From: a virus
Taxonomy: Duplodnaviria; Caudoviricetes
IMG/VR virus record: IMGVR_UViG_3300044616_001723
Coordinates: 1 to 61,833 of that record
Length of the DNA: 61,833 nucleotides
Reading direction: 5' to 3' (one strand)
Shown piece by piece: positions 49,094-58,629 of the stretch (position 1 is its first letter; each line of letters opens with the position of its first letter). Made by a program: the position numbers and the translations under genes. The notes beneath the pieces are model-generated. The model had not been told where the DNA came from. It searched no databases and worked only from the letters and a program-made list of their open reading frames with translations.

Positions 49094-50197
49094 TCAAGCG
49101 CTCTTTAGAGTTCCCACCGAATTCACACCGAGCCAACCATGCCGCGGTTCTGGTAGCTGCCGCACACGCAAACGCTCGGGAAGCTCGGCAAGATCACCGC
49201 CCTTTTTGTCTGCCAGCTTCAGGCGTCGTTTGTTGCCGTCGACGATGTCCACGGGGTTGCGCCCGGCCTGCTTCACGAAGCTGAAGACGTCGGCACGTTG
49301 GAATTGATCCAGCATCGATTGGATCGCCGCGTACTCACAATCGCGTGCGCGTGCTCCGCCGCTTTCTCCGCCGATGATGCCCCAATCGAGGAAAGACCCG
49401 CTGCCTTCGCACCAATGACATGCGCTGTCGAATGGATCGCCACCAACCGGGGACGCGACTTCACCCGCGCCAAACCCGCTGCACATTGGACACGAAAGCA
49501 GTCCGAGTCGATTCGACGTGCTTTCGATGTCTATGCCGAAGTCAATGTCCTCTAAAAGAGGCTCGAACGAGCCAAATCGAACGAATGCCGGCAGTTTCGC
49601 GAGCAGCGGCAATCGTTCTTCCGCGTCTCGCTTGGTCGATATCGAGACACCTTGCCACCAATTCTTCGGCGGCGAGATCTTCCAATTCTGCGGAATGATA
49701 TCCGCCATGAACTCGGGCCGCTTCGTGAGCAGCAAGAAGTCGAGGTTTGTGCATTTCTCGACAAGCTCGAAAAGCCGGCACCTTGCTTCGTCGCACACGC
49801 GTTGATTTCGTTGCACGGCCGCGATGTGCTCAGACGTCGGGACAATGCCATGCAGTTCGATCCACGCGTCGAATTCGCGCATCGGCATTTCTCCTACGTC
49901 GCCGAGGCTGTAGCAAAAGACGCGGTGTCTTTCCCCTTGGGCCAAGGCATCTTTGTCCCATTGCAGCGGCGCCTTCCACATTGCAGGCGACGCAAGCACG
50001 CGCGTGCCGAGGACACCCCACACGCCGAGCAATCCAGGATTTCTGTACGACATCGTCTCGGCGTAGCAGTTGTCGCATCCGCTCGTGTAAAATCCTTGTT
50101 TTGGATCGGTATCCACCCGAGCGACAAGCTTTTTGGTGCACCCACGCATACCGTTCAAGGTATGCGTGCACCATTCTATTTTGGAATTAGCTCCCAT
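49094..50197 (-). CDS. Phage Gp37/Gp68 (DUF5131) family protein
   Basis: SKIEWCTHT, GCDNCYAE, LLLTKRPE, SFEPLL, IIGGESG, FVKQ. Confidence 0.92.
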   Translation of the reverse strand: MGANSKIEWCTHTLNGMRGCTKKLVARVDTDPKQGFYTSGCDNCYAETMSYRNPGLLGVWGVLGTRVLASPAMWKAPLQWDKDALAQGERHRVFCYSLGDVGEMPMREFDAWIELHGIVPTSEHIAAVQRNQRVCDEARCRLFELVEKCTNLDFLLLTKRPEFMADIIPQNWKISPPKNWWQGVSISTKRDAEERLPLLAKLPAFVRFGSFEPLLEDIDFGIDIESTSNRLGLLSCPMCSGFGAGEVASPVGGDPFDSACHWCEGSGSFLDWGIIGGESGGARARDCEYAAIQSMLDQFQRADVFSFVKQAGRNPVDIVDGNKRRLKLADKKGGDLAELPERLRVRQLPEPRHGWLGVNSVGTLKSA

Positions 50198-50513
50198 CTG
50201 TTTCACCTGCATCCGCTCGCACGGGCCCAAGTCTTGCCGAGTTTGGCGTCCAAGCCCATTCCCAGACCGCCCCGTTGCCTTTTGCGATCGTCAGCTTCCC
50301 GTCGAGAAACCAGATCCCATCGTCGTCAGGCGTGCACTGAATCAATGCCGCTCTGCATTCGTCGGCAATCCCTTGCCAATCTCGCGGCAACAGCGTTTTG
50401 CGCTGCGGATCAATCGAAAAGCCTTGGCCTTCGTATTTGGCAAGAATTGCCCTCAATTGTTCAAGCCATTGAGGCACGCATGCGCACACGTTTGCTGTCG
50501 CGAGCCCGCCCAT
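50187..50513 (-). CDS. Hypothetical protein
   Basis: Coupled ORF. Confidence 0.5.
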   Translation of the reverse strand: MGGLATANVCACVPQWLEQLRAILAKYEGQGFSIDPQRKTLLPRDWQGIADECRAALIQCTPDDDGIWFLDGKLTIAKGNGAVWEWAWTPNSARLGPVRADAGETDGS

Positions 50514-50926
50514 TACGGGCCTCCCGCTTCGCGACTCGCATCATGGTCGCTTCCCGCCGCCTTGCGCTTCTTGGGCCTGGCCTTCGCTTCGGCCTCGAGA
50601 GCCGCCACGAACTCGATCACGCGTTGAATGGCAGGCTTGTCGAGTCCGCGCACGGAAACCTCGCCCGAATGAGCAGCGAACGCCACCCAAAAGTCGCGCG
50701 CATCTTCTTCGTCGCGCGCCAAATGCTTGATAAGCAGCGCCGCCTTTTCTCGCGAAATAGATCCGGTTCCGCTTTCCAATGACGAAATGGCGCCTTTCTG
50801 GTTTTTGCTGCCAAACGCCAACTCGGACAATTCCGCCATCGTCAGGTTTTTTCGTTCGCGTCCGGCGCGAACCTGCGCGCCAAGTGCTTCGTACTTCTTT
50901 TTGGTAATGGTCGTTGTCATGTTCAT
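50513..50926 (-). CDS. XRE/Cro-like HTH regulator
   Basis: VRAGRERKNLTMAELSE...AISSLESG. Confidence 0.8.
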   Translation of the reverse strand: MNMTTTITKKKYEALGAQVRAGRERKNLTMAELSELAFGSKNQKGAISSLESGTGSISREKAALLIKHLARDEEDARDFWVAFAAHSGEVSVRGLDKPAIQRVIEFVAALEAEAKARPKKRKAAGSDHDASREAGGP

Positions 50927-50933
50927 CCCTCGA

Positions 50934-51236
50934 TCAAAACGGAGCATCTTCGAGCGCAGCCTCTGCACGTGCCAAACCTCTCGATGTACGTGCGCCGTCG
51001 CCTTCTTGATTGCATTCTCCGCACGATGTAACCAGGTTTGTCGTGTCGTGCTTCCCGCCCTGGGCCCGTGGTACGAAGTGGTCTAGCTGCGGTTTCAGTC
51101 CGCTCTCGTGCGTTGCTTTCGGATCGAGCTTCTTGCGGCACCACACGCACCGCAATTTGTCCCGCAAAAGAATCGCACATCGCGTCGCGGGAGACATCGA
51201 CCACGACCAGCACCACGTCGAATTTCTATGACCCAT
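50934..51236 (-). CDS. HNH endonuclease
   Basis: RDKLRCVWC...LDHFVPRAQGG...NLVTSCGECN. Confidence 0.85.
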   Translation of the reverse strand: MGHRNSTWCWSWSMSPATRCAILLRDKLRCVWCRKKLDPKATHESGLKPQLDHFVPRAQGGKHDTTNLVTSCGECNQEGDGARTSRGLARAEAALEDAPF

Positions 51237-51246
51237 GAGCAGGCTC

Positions 51247-52536
51247 CTACGCCGTTCTGCCGAGACGCCGGCGTCGCAATGGGCTGCCGCCTTCATCCGT
51301 TTCAATCGGGCGTCGCAATGAGCCGCCAGCGACCGGCGCTGGTGCTCTGCTCAAATGTTGTATCTCAATCGTGGCCACCTGCATCGGGCCGCCGTGGGAA
51401 AAGTCCACAACGACTTTTTCGCGATAGTCCTCGAACCGGACTATCTTTCCGCGCTTGTTTGCGTGTGCCGGATGATCTGACGCTACCCGAACGTATTCGT
51501 CTACCTCGAGTTCTTTGTCGCCTGTTTTCTGCGACGAAGCACCAACGTCTTGCGGCGCCGGCGACGACGCATCGTCGTCCACGCTAATGGCTTGCTCTTC
51601 GGGATCGACCTTCTTGCCCCATTCCACGCCATCGGGGCCGATAAGTCGTTGGCGGCATTCTTGGACAAGAAGCGAAAATAACGCCGGTGTGTTTTCTCCG
51701 AATGTCGACAATGCCGCATCAGTAAACCCGAAAAACACCAGCGAGTGCGCACGGATTAGGCTTTCTCCCATTGATGGCGTGGCAACTCGGATGCACACAT
51801 GCCGCCCATCGTGTCGACGGATCCTCTTGCCAAACGTGCACTTCAGCGTATGCCCGCTCTCGTACGCCATTTTGTACGGATCCAATTCGATCAGCCTTTG
51901 GATCTCCGCGGCACACTCGGCGACATCGCCATCGCTTCCTTCTGGGCCCGCAAAGATGATCGCCAAAACTTCTTCCTCTGGTGCCTGTTTGCTCAAATCA
52001 ACATTCCAAGCCGCATGAATTGCGGCCTTGATCATTTCGTGGAATGACGGCAATTCCTTCGCCACCACGTCAACCGCGCCCGAACCACTTCCGCCACCAC
52101 CCACCGGATCCGCCACTGGCGACTTCTCCGGTTCAGCCACCACATTCCCCGGCTCTTCGATGATCGCCCGCGTGCCCCTGCCGTCTCCGACCATTATCGT
52201 GATTCTACGGGTCGAGACGTTTTGCGCATCGGTATGCACGTTGTCCCAACGGACGCGTCCCACCGCGCCCGTATTCGGGCCATTGACGACACGCACGAGC
52301 GTTCCCATCGAGTAGCGTTTGTCGAACGCTTCGTTGCTTGCGCGGTCATCGTCCTTCGGTGCGTCTTTGGTCTTTTCCGTCCGCTCACTCCATGCGATGA
52401 ACCCGCGAGCGGCCCATAGCGCGGCTGTTTTTGCCGCATTCTGGATCAGCAGCGGGACCGATTTGTTTCCGCCCATGACCACGAGCCCGATAAGGCCGTG
52501 CAAAAATGCCATCATTCCGGTTTTTGATGCGCTCAC
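51247..52536 (-). CDS. Protein with two KOW/SH3-like motifs
   Basis: GTLVRVVNGPNTGAVGRV and DEYVRVASDHPAHANKRGKIV. Confidence 0.55.
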   Translation of the reverse strand: MSASKTGMMAFLHGLIGLVVMGGNKSVPLLIQNAAKTAALWAARGFIAWSERTEKTKDAPKDDDRASNEAFDKRYSMGTLVRVVNGPNTGAVGRVRWDNVHTDAQNVSTRRITIMVGDGRGTRAIIEEPGNVVAEPEKSPVADPVGGGGSGSGAVDVVAKELPSFHEMIKAAIHAAWNVDLSKQAPEEEVLAIIFAGPEGSDGDVAECAAEIQRLIELDPYKMAYESGHTLKCTFGKRIRRHDGRHVCIRVATPSMGESLIRAHSLVFFGFTDAALSTFGENTPALFSLLVQECRQRLIGPDGVEWGKKVDPEEQAISVDDDASSPAPQDVGASSQKTGDKELEVDEYVRVASDHPAHANKRGKIVRFEDYREKVVVDFSHGGPMQVATIEIQHLSRAPAPVAGGSLRRPIETDEGGSPLRRRRLGRTA

Positions 52537-52991
52537 GATTCGTCTCCATGCGTGGGTTCTTCCCACGGTATTCCGATGTTTTCTGCCGCCAATGGCAATG
52601 AAAAGATCCTGCTCTCCAATGCCGCAAGTTCGTCCGCCCCGATGCCCATGCAGACCATTTCGTCCGGCCAAATCTGCACCGATCCGTTCCATGGCCACAC
52701 GCCAGCAAAATCGCCATTCAGGCGCCACAACACGGCCACTTGCACAGGAACCACGCACGCCACCTCGAGCACCTTCATGGTGAAGGCAGCACCGATCCCA
52801 GCGCCCAACGTGGTTGCAGGTTGGCCACCTTCGTGCGCGTCCCACGCCATTGACGCGGCCAATCGTTCGAGCGCGTTCCGACGCACGAGCGGATCTGGAT
52901 CCTCTCCGTATCGGGCGGCATGCTCGTCATCGGCCCGCACCATCTCGGCGAGCGCCTCTGCAAGCGTGGGTTGGTCGGGTGAAATGTTCAC
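52533..52991 (-). CDS. Hypothetical protein, leaderless first early gene
   Basis: Directly after the promoter next to site 9. Confidence 0.55.
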   Translation of the reverse strand: MNISPDQPTLAEALAEMVRADDEHAARYGEDPDPLVRRNALERLAASMAWDAHEGGQPATTLGAGIGAAFTMKVLEVACVVPVQVAVLWRLNGDFAGVWPWNGSVQIWPDEMVCMGIGADELAALESRIFSLPLAAENIGIPWEEPTHGDES

Positions 52992-53030
52992 GCCGCTAGA
53001 ACTAACCTAGCGCGTGACACGACGCAAGAG

Positions 53031-53055
53031 AAAAGTTACAACGAGTTGAACTTTT
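53031..53055 (-). promoter_or_regulatory. 25-bp palindromic site 9
   Basis: AAAAGTTACAACGAGTTGAACTTTT; 3 nt upstream of TTGCGT; at boundary of tail and early genes. Confidence 0.8.
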
Positions 53056-53077
53056 TTTTGATCGCTGCTTTGCGTGG

Positions 53078-54091
53078 TCAGGATAACCCGACTGCGTATC
53101 CCACAGGGAAGGTCAGTCCAAGCAATATCGAGTCAAGCTGCAATCCAATTGCGGAATCGGATCCATACTCAGGAGTGAGCTTTGCGTAATATGTGTAGTT
53201 TACGCGGTCAACCGTATGGTTCGAACAGGTAACCTCGGTCCAATGAGAATCTCGGTATGGTTGAGCGGTCGCCGCCGAGCCATCAACATTTGTTCCCACG
53301 ACGGTTTCCGCGTGTGTCTCTACGTGCCGACGTATTACGCTGTACGTTGGCAAGTATTCAGGATCTGGGTTTGCCCCGGCTCCCTGCGAATTGAAGTTCA
53401 CGTTTGTCAGCACGGACTTATCAGGCAAATCCAACTGGATGTAGCATTCTGCTTCCGACGCGATCACGGCTTGCTTTGCTGTACCAGTGCTTGTGGGGAC
53501 CCAAGACTCGGCCCCACTTACGATTGCGCCACGCCAATGTAAAGGTGCAGAGCGATTGACAGATACAGCGGTCTTGAGTTTGAACGCATTTCCGTTGACG
53601 TAACCACTTGCATCGTACATCGCTATTGTGGTTGGCGTGGCGATCTGGTTGGCAGCATCGATTTTTGTTTTATCGGCTGCACTCATGCTGCCAGCCGCGC
53701 TCGTCGTTGCTGCCGAAATTCCGATAGTAGGCGAAAGCGCGGCGCCTGATTTCGTTATCGGTGCAGTGACAGAAACAGCGGTGACGTAGCCGAGCGCGTC
53801 CAGACCGTCGAGCTTCGCTTTGTCCGCCGCGCTCATAAAACCGGCAACCATCGTCGTCGCGAGTGCATGGAGCGCACCGCCAGCAAGGCTTCCGTGCTGA
53901 GCAACTGTAATTTCAGGCAATGAAATCACCGTCGAAGCAGTGGAAGGATCATCGTAAGCGATAAGTCCTTCGACTCTAATCTTTGCCCGTTCGGGAAGCT
54001 TATCGCCGATGTGGCTGACGATTACTCGGATTCCAAACAGGCGTCCGATCCATCTTGTGTAAATCGAACTTTCACCAGTGGCCATGTTCAC
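53078..54091 (-). CDS. Tail fibre / receptor-binding protein
   Basis: Two ATTxxAGxMSAADKxKxD fibre repeats; last tail gene. Confidence 0.75.
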   Translation of the reverse strand: MNMATGESSIYTRWIGRLFGIRVIVSHIGDKLPERAKIRVEGLIAYDDPSTASTVISLPEITVAQHGSLAGGALHALATTMVAGFMSAADKAKLDGLDALGYVTAVSVTAPITKSGAALSPTIGISAATTSAAGSMSAADKTKIDAANQIATPTTIAMYDASGYVNGNAFKLKTAVSVNRSAPLHWRGAIVSGAESWVPTSTGTAKQAVIASEAECYIQLDLPDKSVLTNVNFNSQGAGANPDPEYLPTYSVIRRHVETHAETVVGTNVDGSAATAQPYRDSHWTEVTCSNHTVDRVNYTYYAKLTPEYGSDSAIGLQLDSILLGLTFPVGYAVGLS

Positions 54092-54861
54092 TCTTCTCCT
54101 ATTTTCGACCGCGAGAACAACACTCGCGGATGGAATACGCGGAGCCCTTGATCGGCGTATGTCGCCGCTGCTACCGCATTAAGGCCTTCTTCGCCTCGAA
54201 CGCCGATGACAAGTATGTCATCCGCGCCCCACGATGAATAGCTCAATGTGATCGACAGATCGTGCGCGGCCTCGTACGCCGTCACGTCAGGCTGCGCATC
54301 TTGTACCGTCGTGATCGACGTCATCAGCCCAAGATTTGACGTGGTCTGTTTCCACAGCCGAAGTATTGGCTGCTCGGCGGGCAGGTTGCCACCGCGTCCG
54401 CCGGCAGCCGGCTTGATATGCACCTTGACGCTCGTCAGGGTGCTCCCCGCTGGAACGCGCCACCTGAACGTCAGCCACGGCGCTGTCGGCGAAAGCGGGG
54501 AATACGCCTGTTTGTACGCCGGCCGTGGCGTAGTCGCTTCCTCTTCCGCTTCGGCCCACCACGACGCCGGATTGCGACTTGGCAGGCCATCGACGACACG
54601 TGGATACGAGCGGGCGCTTGGAGAGGCTACGCTTATGCCCGTCGCCCCCGCAAGCACCAACCCGCCTGAAAAAATAAACGTGCCGCTATTTTGCGGCGTT
54701 GGATGCGTCGAATCATGAAGAAACGTCGTGTACAAGTGGTCTGTTCGCCACTTCAATGCCTCGAAAGAGATGTTGAGGTTTGCCGCTGAACGGCTGTCGC
54801 CGTCAGTCGGTTTCACCACATCGTCTACCCAGGTCGGATCAAAAGATATCGACGTTGCCAC
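54088..54861 (-). CDS. Tail fibre-associated protein
   Basis: Follows baseplate genes; C-terminal domain resembles that of the 53078 gene. Confidence 0.6.
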   Translation of the reverse strand: MATSISFDPTWVDDVVKPTDGDSRSAANLNISFEALKWRTDHLYTTFLHDSTHPTPQNSGTFIFSGGLVLAGATGISVASPSARSYPRVVDGLPSRNPASWWAEAEEEATTPRPAYKQAYSPLSPTAPWLTFRWRVPAGSTLTSVKVHIKPAAGGRGGNLPAEQPILRLWKQTTSNLGLMTSITTVQDAQPDVTAYEAAHDLSITLSYSSWGADDILVIGVRGEEGLNAVAAATYADQGLRVFHPRVLFSRSKIGEE

Positions 54862-54864
54862 GGC

Positions 54865-55713
54865 TCAAACCCCTTTCCAATATCGTGCGGTTTGCAGCCG
54901 CGTGAGTTCATTGTGATCGCCAACAATGATCGAATCGTTGGCCCATGTTCCGTCTGGCATGCCCGGCGTTCCCGCCGCTGCCGTATGATCGAAGCTACTC
55001 GGATCGAATGCCAAGACAATCCATTCGATCAATACATCTGCCGGTTTGAGCAGATCCGCCGTCTCGCGAGTACGTGTCGCGTATTCGAGGAATGCGTTCG
55101 TCCCGATCGTCGGGAAGTCGATCACTCCATCGAACCTGATCTTCGTCTCGCCAAACGTGCTCAGACCATCACCGAACGGGCCTTCGATTTCTGTCGCAAG
55201 CGCCGCCGGAACCCAAATAATGAGCCACGCGCGCTTTTGCTTATTGACGCCGTCCCAATCAAAGTTTGTCGGCGTCTGTACGTGTTCGACGAACGTGCCG
55301 TCTGAATTGCGAATTGTCCATCGTGCACTCGTCGTTCCACTCGCCCAACCGAAGTTTCTGACGAATGCCATCTTCGGCGGGTTCGGTCCCCAGACGGCCG
55401 CGATCATGCCCAAAACGACGCGCGTCCTTCCCGACGCGGCCCATATTTGCCGCCACAATGACGCACGCTGCATGTACGCTCGTGCGGTCTCGAAAAACCC
55501 CGGCGGAATGTTCCGGTCTTTCGAGATCAATGGGGGCGCATCGGCAGCGACGTCATCACCGAAAACGTCCAGAATGCCCATGCGCACGTCCGAAGCTGCG
55601 GACATGAGCACGTCCAAGACGAGCGCCCACGCGTCCATAAAGTCCCTGCCGGGGCCTTCGGCGAGCCAACCCGGCAAAGCTTCCTCATATTCGCGACTCC
55701 CGAGGATGCTCAC
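54865..55713 (-). CDS. Baseplate wedge protein (gp48/gpI-like)
   Basis: Follows J-like gene; ALPGWL...DRNIP...AYMQR pattern. Confidence 0.6.
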   Translation of the reverse strand: MSILGSREYEEALPGWLAEGPGRDFMDAWALVLDVLMSAASDVRMGILDVFGDDVAADAPPLISKDRNIPPGFFETARAYMQRASLWRQIWAASGRTRVVLGMIAAVWGPNPPKMAFVRNFGWASGTTSARWTIRNSDGTFVEHVQTPTNFDWDGVNKQKRAWLIIWVPAALATEIEGPFGDGLSTFGETKIRFDGVIDFPTIGTNAFLEYATRTRETADLLKPADVLIEWIVLAFDPSSFDHTAAAGTPGMPDGTWANDSIIVGDHNELTRLQTARYWKGV

Positions 55714-56882
55714 TTGTCGATCCTTTCAATCGCGATCGACACGGACCCGAGCACAGGGACGCCGCTGGTGCTCACGCTCGTGTCCACGTCCACAGAATCG
55801 ACCAGGAATATCGCCGGATGCGCGGCCGATATGATCGCAACGATTTCCGCGACGTACACCTTGCCCGTCGCTTGCACGTTCGATTTGAAAAACCCGCCGA
55901 TTGGTGCCGTCCGGAAAAACTCGACAAGCAACACTTTCGCCAATGCGACAAGATCAACGTTCGCAGGAACAGACCCACGTTTGACGTACAGCGTTGCGGA
56001 AACGTTGACCACTACGTTCGTCGCGGACGCTACCGTTGCCGTCGTGCACAACGGTTCTACCTTTTCGACGATTGCCGTCTGGATCAGGGTGACGTCCGAT
56101 CCATCGACCGCCCCCGCGGGCCCCGCGATGTATATGGCCAGCGTGCCGTCTCCAAGCGGGGCAGGAATGTGCACCCGCGTGATCGGTATCGTTGACCCAT
56201 TAGAACGTTTCGTGCTGCGCGCGACGCGGTCGTAGGCGAGCTTGGGGCCGCCGTCCGAACGCTCCGCAGCAGCGCCGCGAGCTCGCACCCGAAGATCGGC
56301 ATCACGTTCCTGATCCTGTCCGACCCATGCACTTTGCTGAACAATGTGCAGGCCGATTTGATCCGAGACCACCTCGAGCGGATCGACGCCCTGGACGAGA
56401 ATCGAGCCGCTTCCGATTTCTTCGGCTCGAAAGAGGATGTCGGGAAGCGTTGGGTATGGGCCCGATCCGCTCCATGCAGCGAGATTGCCGCCAGTGACGT
56501 TCGTGTAAAACTTGCCATTGATTCCGCGCACGCGGATATCGCCAGCCGAAAAGCTGAACACGTCGCCATCGCGGTTCTCTATGTCGGCAAAGCCTTCGGA
56601 GAACGTTGCTTCGTACCGCAGCGTCCCATAGAGCGCGAACGCGACGAGCGTCAAAATATCGCCGACGCAATAATCGAGGAATGGTGCGGACAGGATCGGC
56701 AGAACGCCTTCGTTCCAAAGTTTGGCAATGATTCTGGCGATGATTTCCAGTATCGCATAAACCGGCTCTCCGGTTTGCCATGCCGTTGTCGGCAAACCGA
56801 TCACGACAGCCGCCTCGAAAAAGAGGTCTAGGATCTCTTGCTCGGATAGCGGTTTCAATACGTCGGTTATGGGGACAGCCAT
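55710..56882 (-). CDS. Baseplate J/gp47-like protein
   Basis: GQDQERDADLRVR...GPKLAY...GTLAIYIAG. Confidence 0.88.
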   Translation of the reverse strand: MAVPITDVLKPLSEQEILDLFFEAAVVIGLPTTAWQTGEPVYAILEIIARIIAKLWNEGVLPILSAPFLDYCVGDILTLVAFALYGTLRYEATFSEGFADIENRDGDVFSFSAGDIRVRGINGKFYTNVTGGNLAAWSGSGPYPTLPDILFRAEEIGSGSILVQGVDPLEVVSDQIGLHIVQQSAWVGQDQERDADLRVRARGAAAERSDGGPKLAYDRVARSTKRSNGSTIPITRVHIPAPLGDGTLAIYIAGPAGAVDGSDVTLIQTAIVEKVEPLCTTATVASATNVVVNVSATLYVKRGSVPANVDLVALAKVLLVEFFRTAPIGGFFKSNVQATGKVYVAEIVAIISAAHPAIFLVDSVDVDTSVSTSGVPVLGSVSIAIERIDK

Positions 56883-57314
56883 TTAAGATTTGCCCTTCAA
56901 AAGCGAGACCTTATCACTCGTGAGAGTGAACGTCATTTGAAACGGTTCTCCCGTCCTCGGCACGACCGACAATCGAACCTTGACCATCGCGTCAGGCGTC
57001 CCGAGTCCAGTTACAGAAAACACCTTCGCTTCGGCCTGAAGAACACGCTCATCTTCTTCGGCCTGCGACTTCATGGCCAGCTCGAGCGTGCCGAGCGAGT
57101 CCGCAGTGATGCCCTTGCCGATCAAGTCTTCTAGATTCAGCCCGTGATCCGGGTCGGTGAAGTACGTGCCAGGATTCGTCGCAAATCTACGCGACAATGC
57201 ATTTGCGAGGATCTTTTGCCCCGCCGCGTCGTTTTCTTCCTCCGAACGCAGAACGGTCCACGCTGGATTGATCCCATCGGCATCTGCATCGAGCGTGATT
57301 TGGATGTTCGCCAC
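56883..57314 (-). CDS. Baseplate gp25/gp46-like sheath initiator
   Basis: RRFATNPG...DPDHGLNL...DERV. Confidence 0.75.
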   Translation of the reverse strand: MANIQITLDADADGINPAWTVLRSEEENDAAGQKILANALSRRFATNPGTYFTDPDHGLNLEDLIGKGITADSLGTLELAMKSQAEEDERVLQAEAKVFSVTGLGTPDAMVKVRLSVVPRTGEPFQMTFTLTSDKVSLLKGKS

Positions 57315-57908
57315 TCATGCCCCCTTTATCTTCGTCGCCTTCGCGCCGATAGGGTAATTCTGTACAACGTTCGAAGCTGCCGTGGCGAGCAGCCCGCGGG
57401 CACTCGTGACGACTCCCATCGCCCCCACCAAAGGCCCCGGTGACGGTTCAATCAACGGCGTAGCCGCGACCATCCAAGCCTGCACCGAAGTCACATACGT
57501 ATTCAGCGACGACAGCCACGACGAGAACGGATTGAAGAGCATCACCGGCGAAGTGGACGCCGAGCCCTTCCCCTTGATCGTGACCTCATTTTCAACCTGA
57601 ATCGTGATCTCCGACGCCTCTTCATCGCCAAAAGAATGAACAAAAGGCGCGTTCGGATCCCCTCCCTCGAAAACGATCCAGACCGTTGTTCGATTATTGA
57701 TGCGCGATGTCATCCCCGGCGTGCCGTGCGACATTTCGCACGCCTTCAATGTGCGCAATCCGAGTTCTGCATTCACCGGCACAAGGTCCGGTTTTGCCGG
57801 CGGGTCTCCGATGAACCGCGCCCTGTACCGATAGATACCGTAGTACCTAACGCGTCCGAGGATTGCCTCTTCGACGAATTGGTCGATTTTCCTCTTGACA
57901 TCACTCAC
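57315..57908 (-). CDS. Baseplate spike (gpV/gp45-like)
   Basis: VWIVFEGGDPNAPFV motif; synteny. Confidence 0.75.
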   Translation of the reverse strand: MSDVKRKIDQFVEEAILGRVRYYGIYRYRARFIGDPPAKPDLVPVNAELGLRTLKACEMSHGTPGMTSRINNRTTVWIVFEGGDPNAPFVHSFGDEEASEITIQVENEVTIKGKGSASTSPVMLFNPFSSWLSSLNTYVTSVQAWMVAATPLIEPSPGPLVGAMGVVTSARGLLATAASNVVQNYPIGAKATKIKGA

Positions 57909-57912
57909 GGTT

Positions 57913-58629
57913 TCACCTGTACACCGTCACGCGAAGCGTCTTTTCTTCGACGATGCGCATTGTTTTGATCTCAAACGATCCCGTGATCGGGTCTCCAGAA
58001 ATCGAACCTTTCACCGCATTTACAAGCGCCGCAAGTCCAGCGCCGTTGCGTATCGCAAGCGGCAGATTGTCGCCGTGTGCGTCGACATCTTGCACTGCAT
58101 AATCACTCGCCGGCACGACGTTTGTCGTTGCGTACCCGACGTTCGTGGTGCCGTCTGCACCGACAAACCACGGTACTCCGAATAAGTGAATCAGTGCGCT
58201 CCCCGCTGCCGTCATCGGCGCCCATGCCTTCCCGAGTACCTTGTCTCCCGCGTGGAGTTTGATGCTCTCGGCGTGGCCAATCCCGCCGCTCTTGCTCGCC
58301 ACGTTTGCGACGTCTTGCTCGAGCATGTCGAGCGCTGTCGCCAATCGAATGCCGCCATCCGAGCGGAGCGCTGTCGGGGCACATTTCAGCCGCCACCCAC
58401 CACCACCACCCACCACCACGAACTGGCCACGTCCGACAAATGGCGGATTGCGGATCACGCACCCTCGAAACGTGACGACTTCCTCCATGATGATCTCGAC
58501 AAGCGAGCCGATCGGAATTGGCGCCTCTTTGGTGGTGCGCACTTCCCCGCGCCACACGCGATGACCGTATGACGAGATGTCCACGAAGCTCGTGCCGTAA
58601 TCGATTCCATTAAAACGGAGCATGCTCAT
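57913..58629 (-). CDS. Baseplate hub protein
   Basis: Synteny; VVGGGGGW and WFVGADGTT. Confidence 0.6.
   Translation of the reverse strand: MSMLRFNGIDYGTSFVDISSYGHRVWRGEVRTTKEAPIPIGSLVEIIMEEVVTFRGCVIRNPPFVGRGQFVVVGGGGGWRLKCAPTALRSDGGIRLATALDMLEQDVANVASKSGGIGHAESIKLHAGDKVLGKAWAPMTAAGSALIHLFGVPWFVGADGTTNVGYATTNVVPASDYAVQDVDAHGDNLPLAIRNGAGLAALVNAVKGSISGDPITGSFEIKTMRIVEEKTLRVTVYR

Noticed and set aside
19985-53055. CRISPR array suggested by 25-bp palindromic repeats
   Set aside because: Copies are kilobases apart, each next to a promoter; no spacers or cas genes
53078-54861. Diversity-generating retroelement or retron
   Set aside because: No reverse transcriptase motif and no TR/VR repeat pair seen
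58387-58419. CCA-rich run as another motif cluster
   Set aside because: No exact motif copy; adequately explained by coding for VVVGGGGGW
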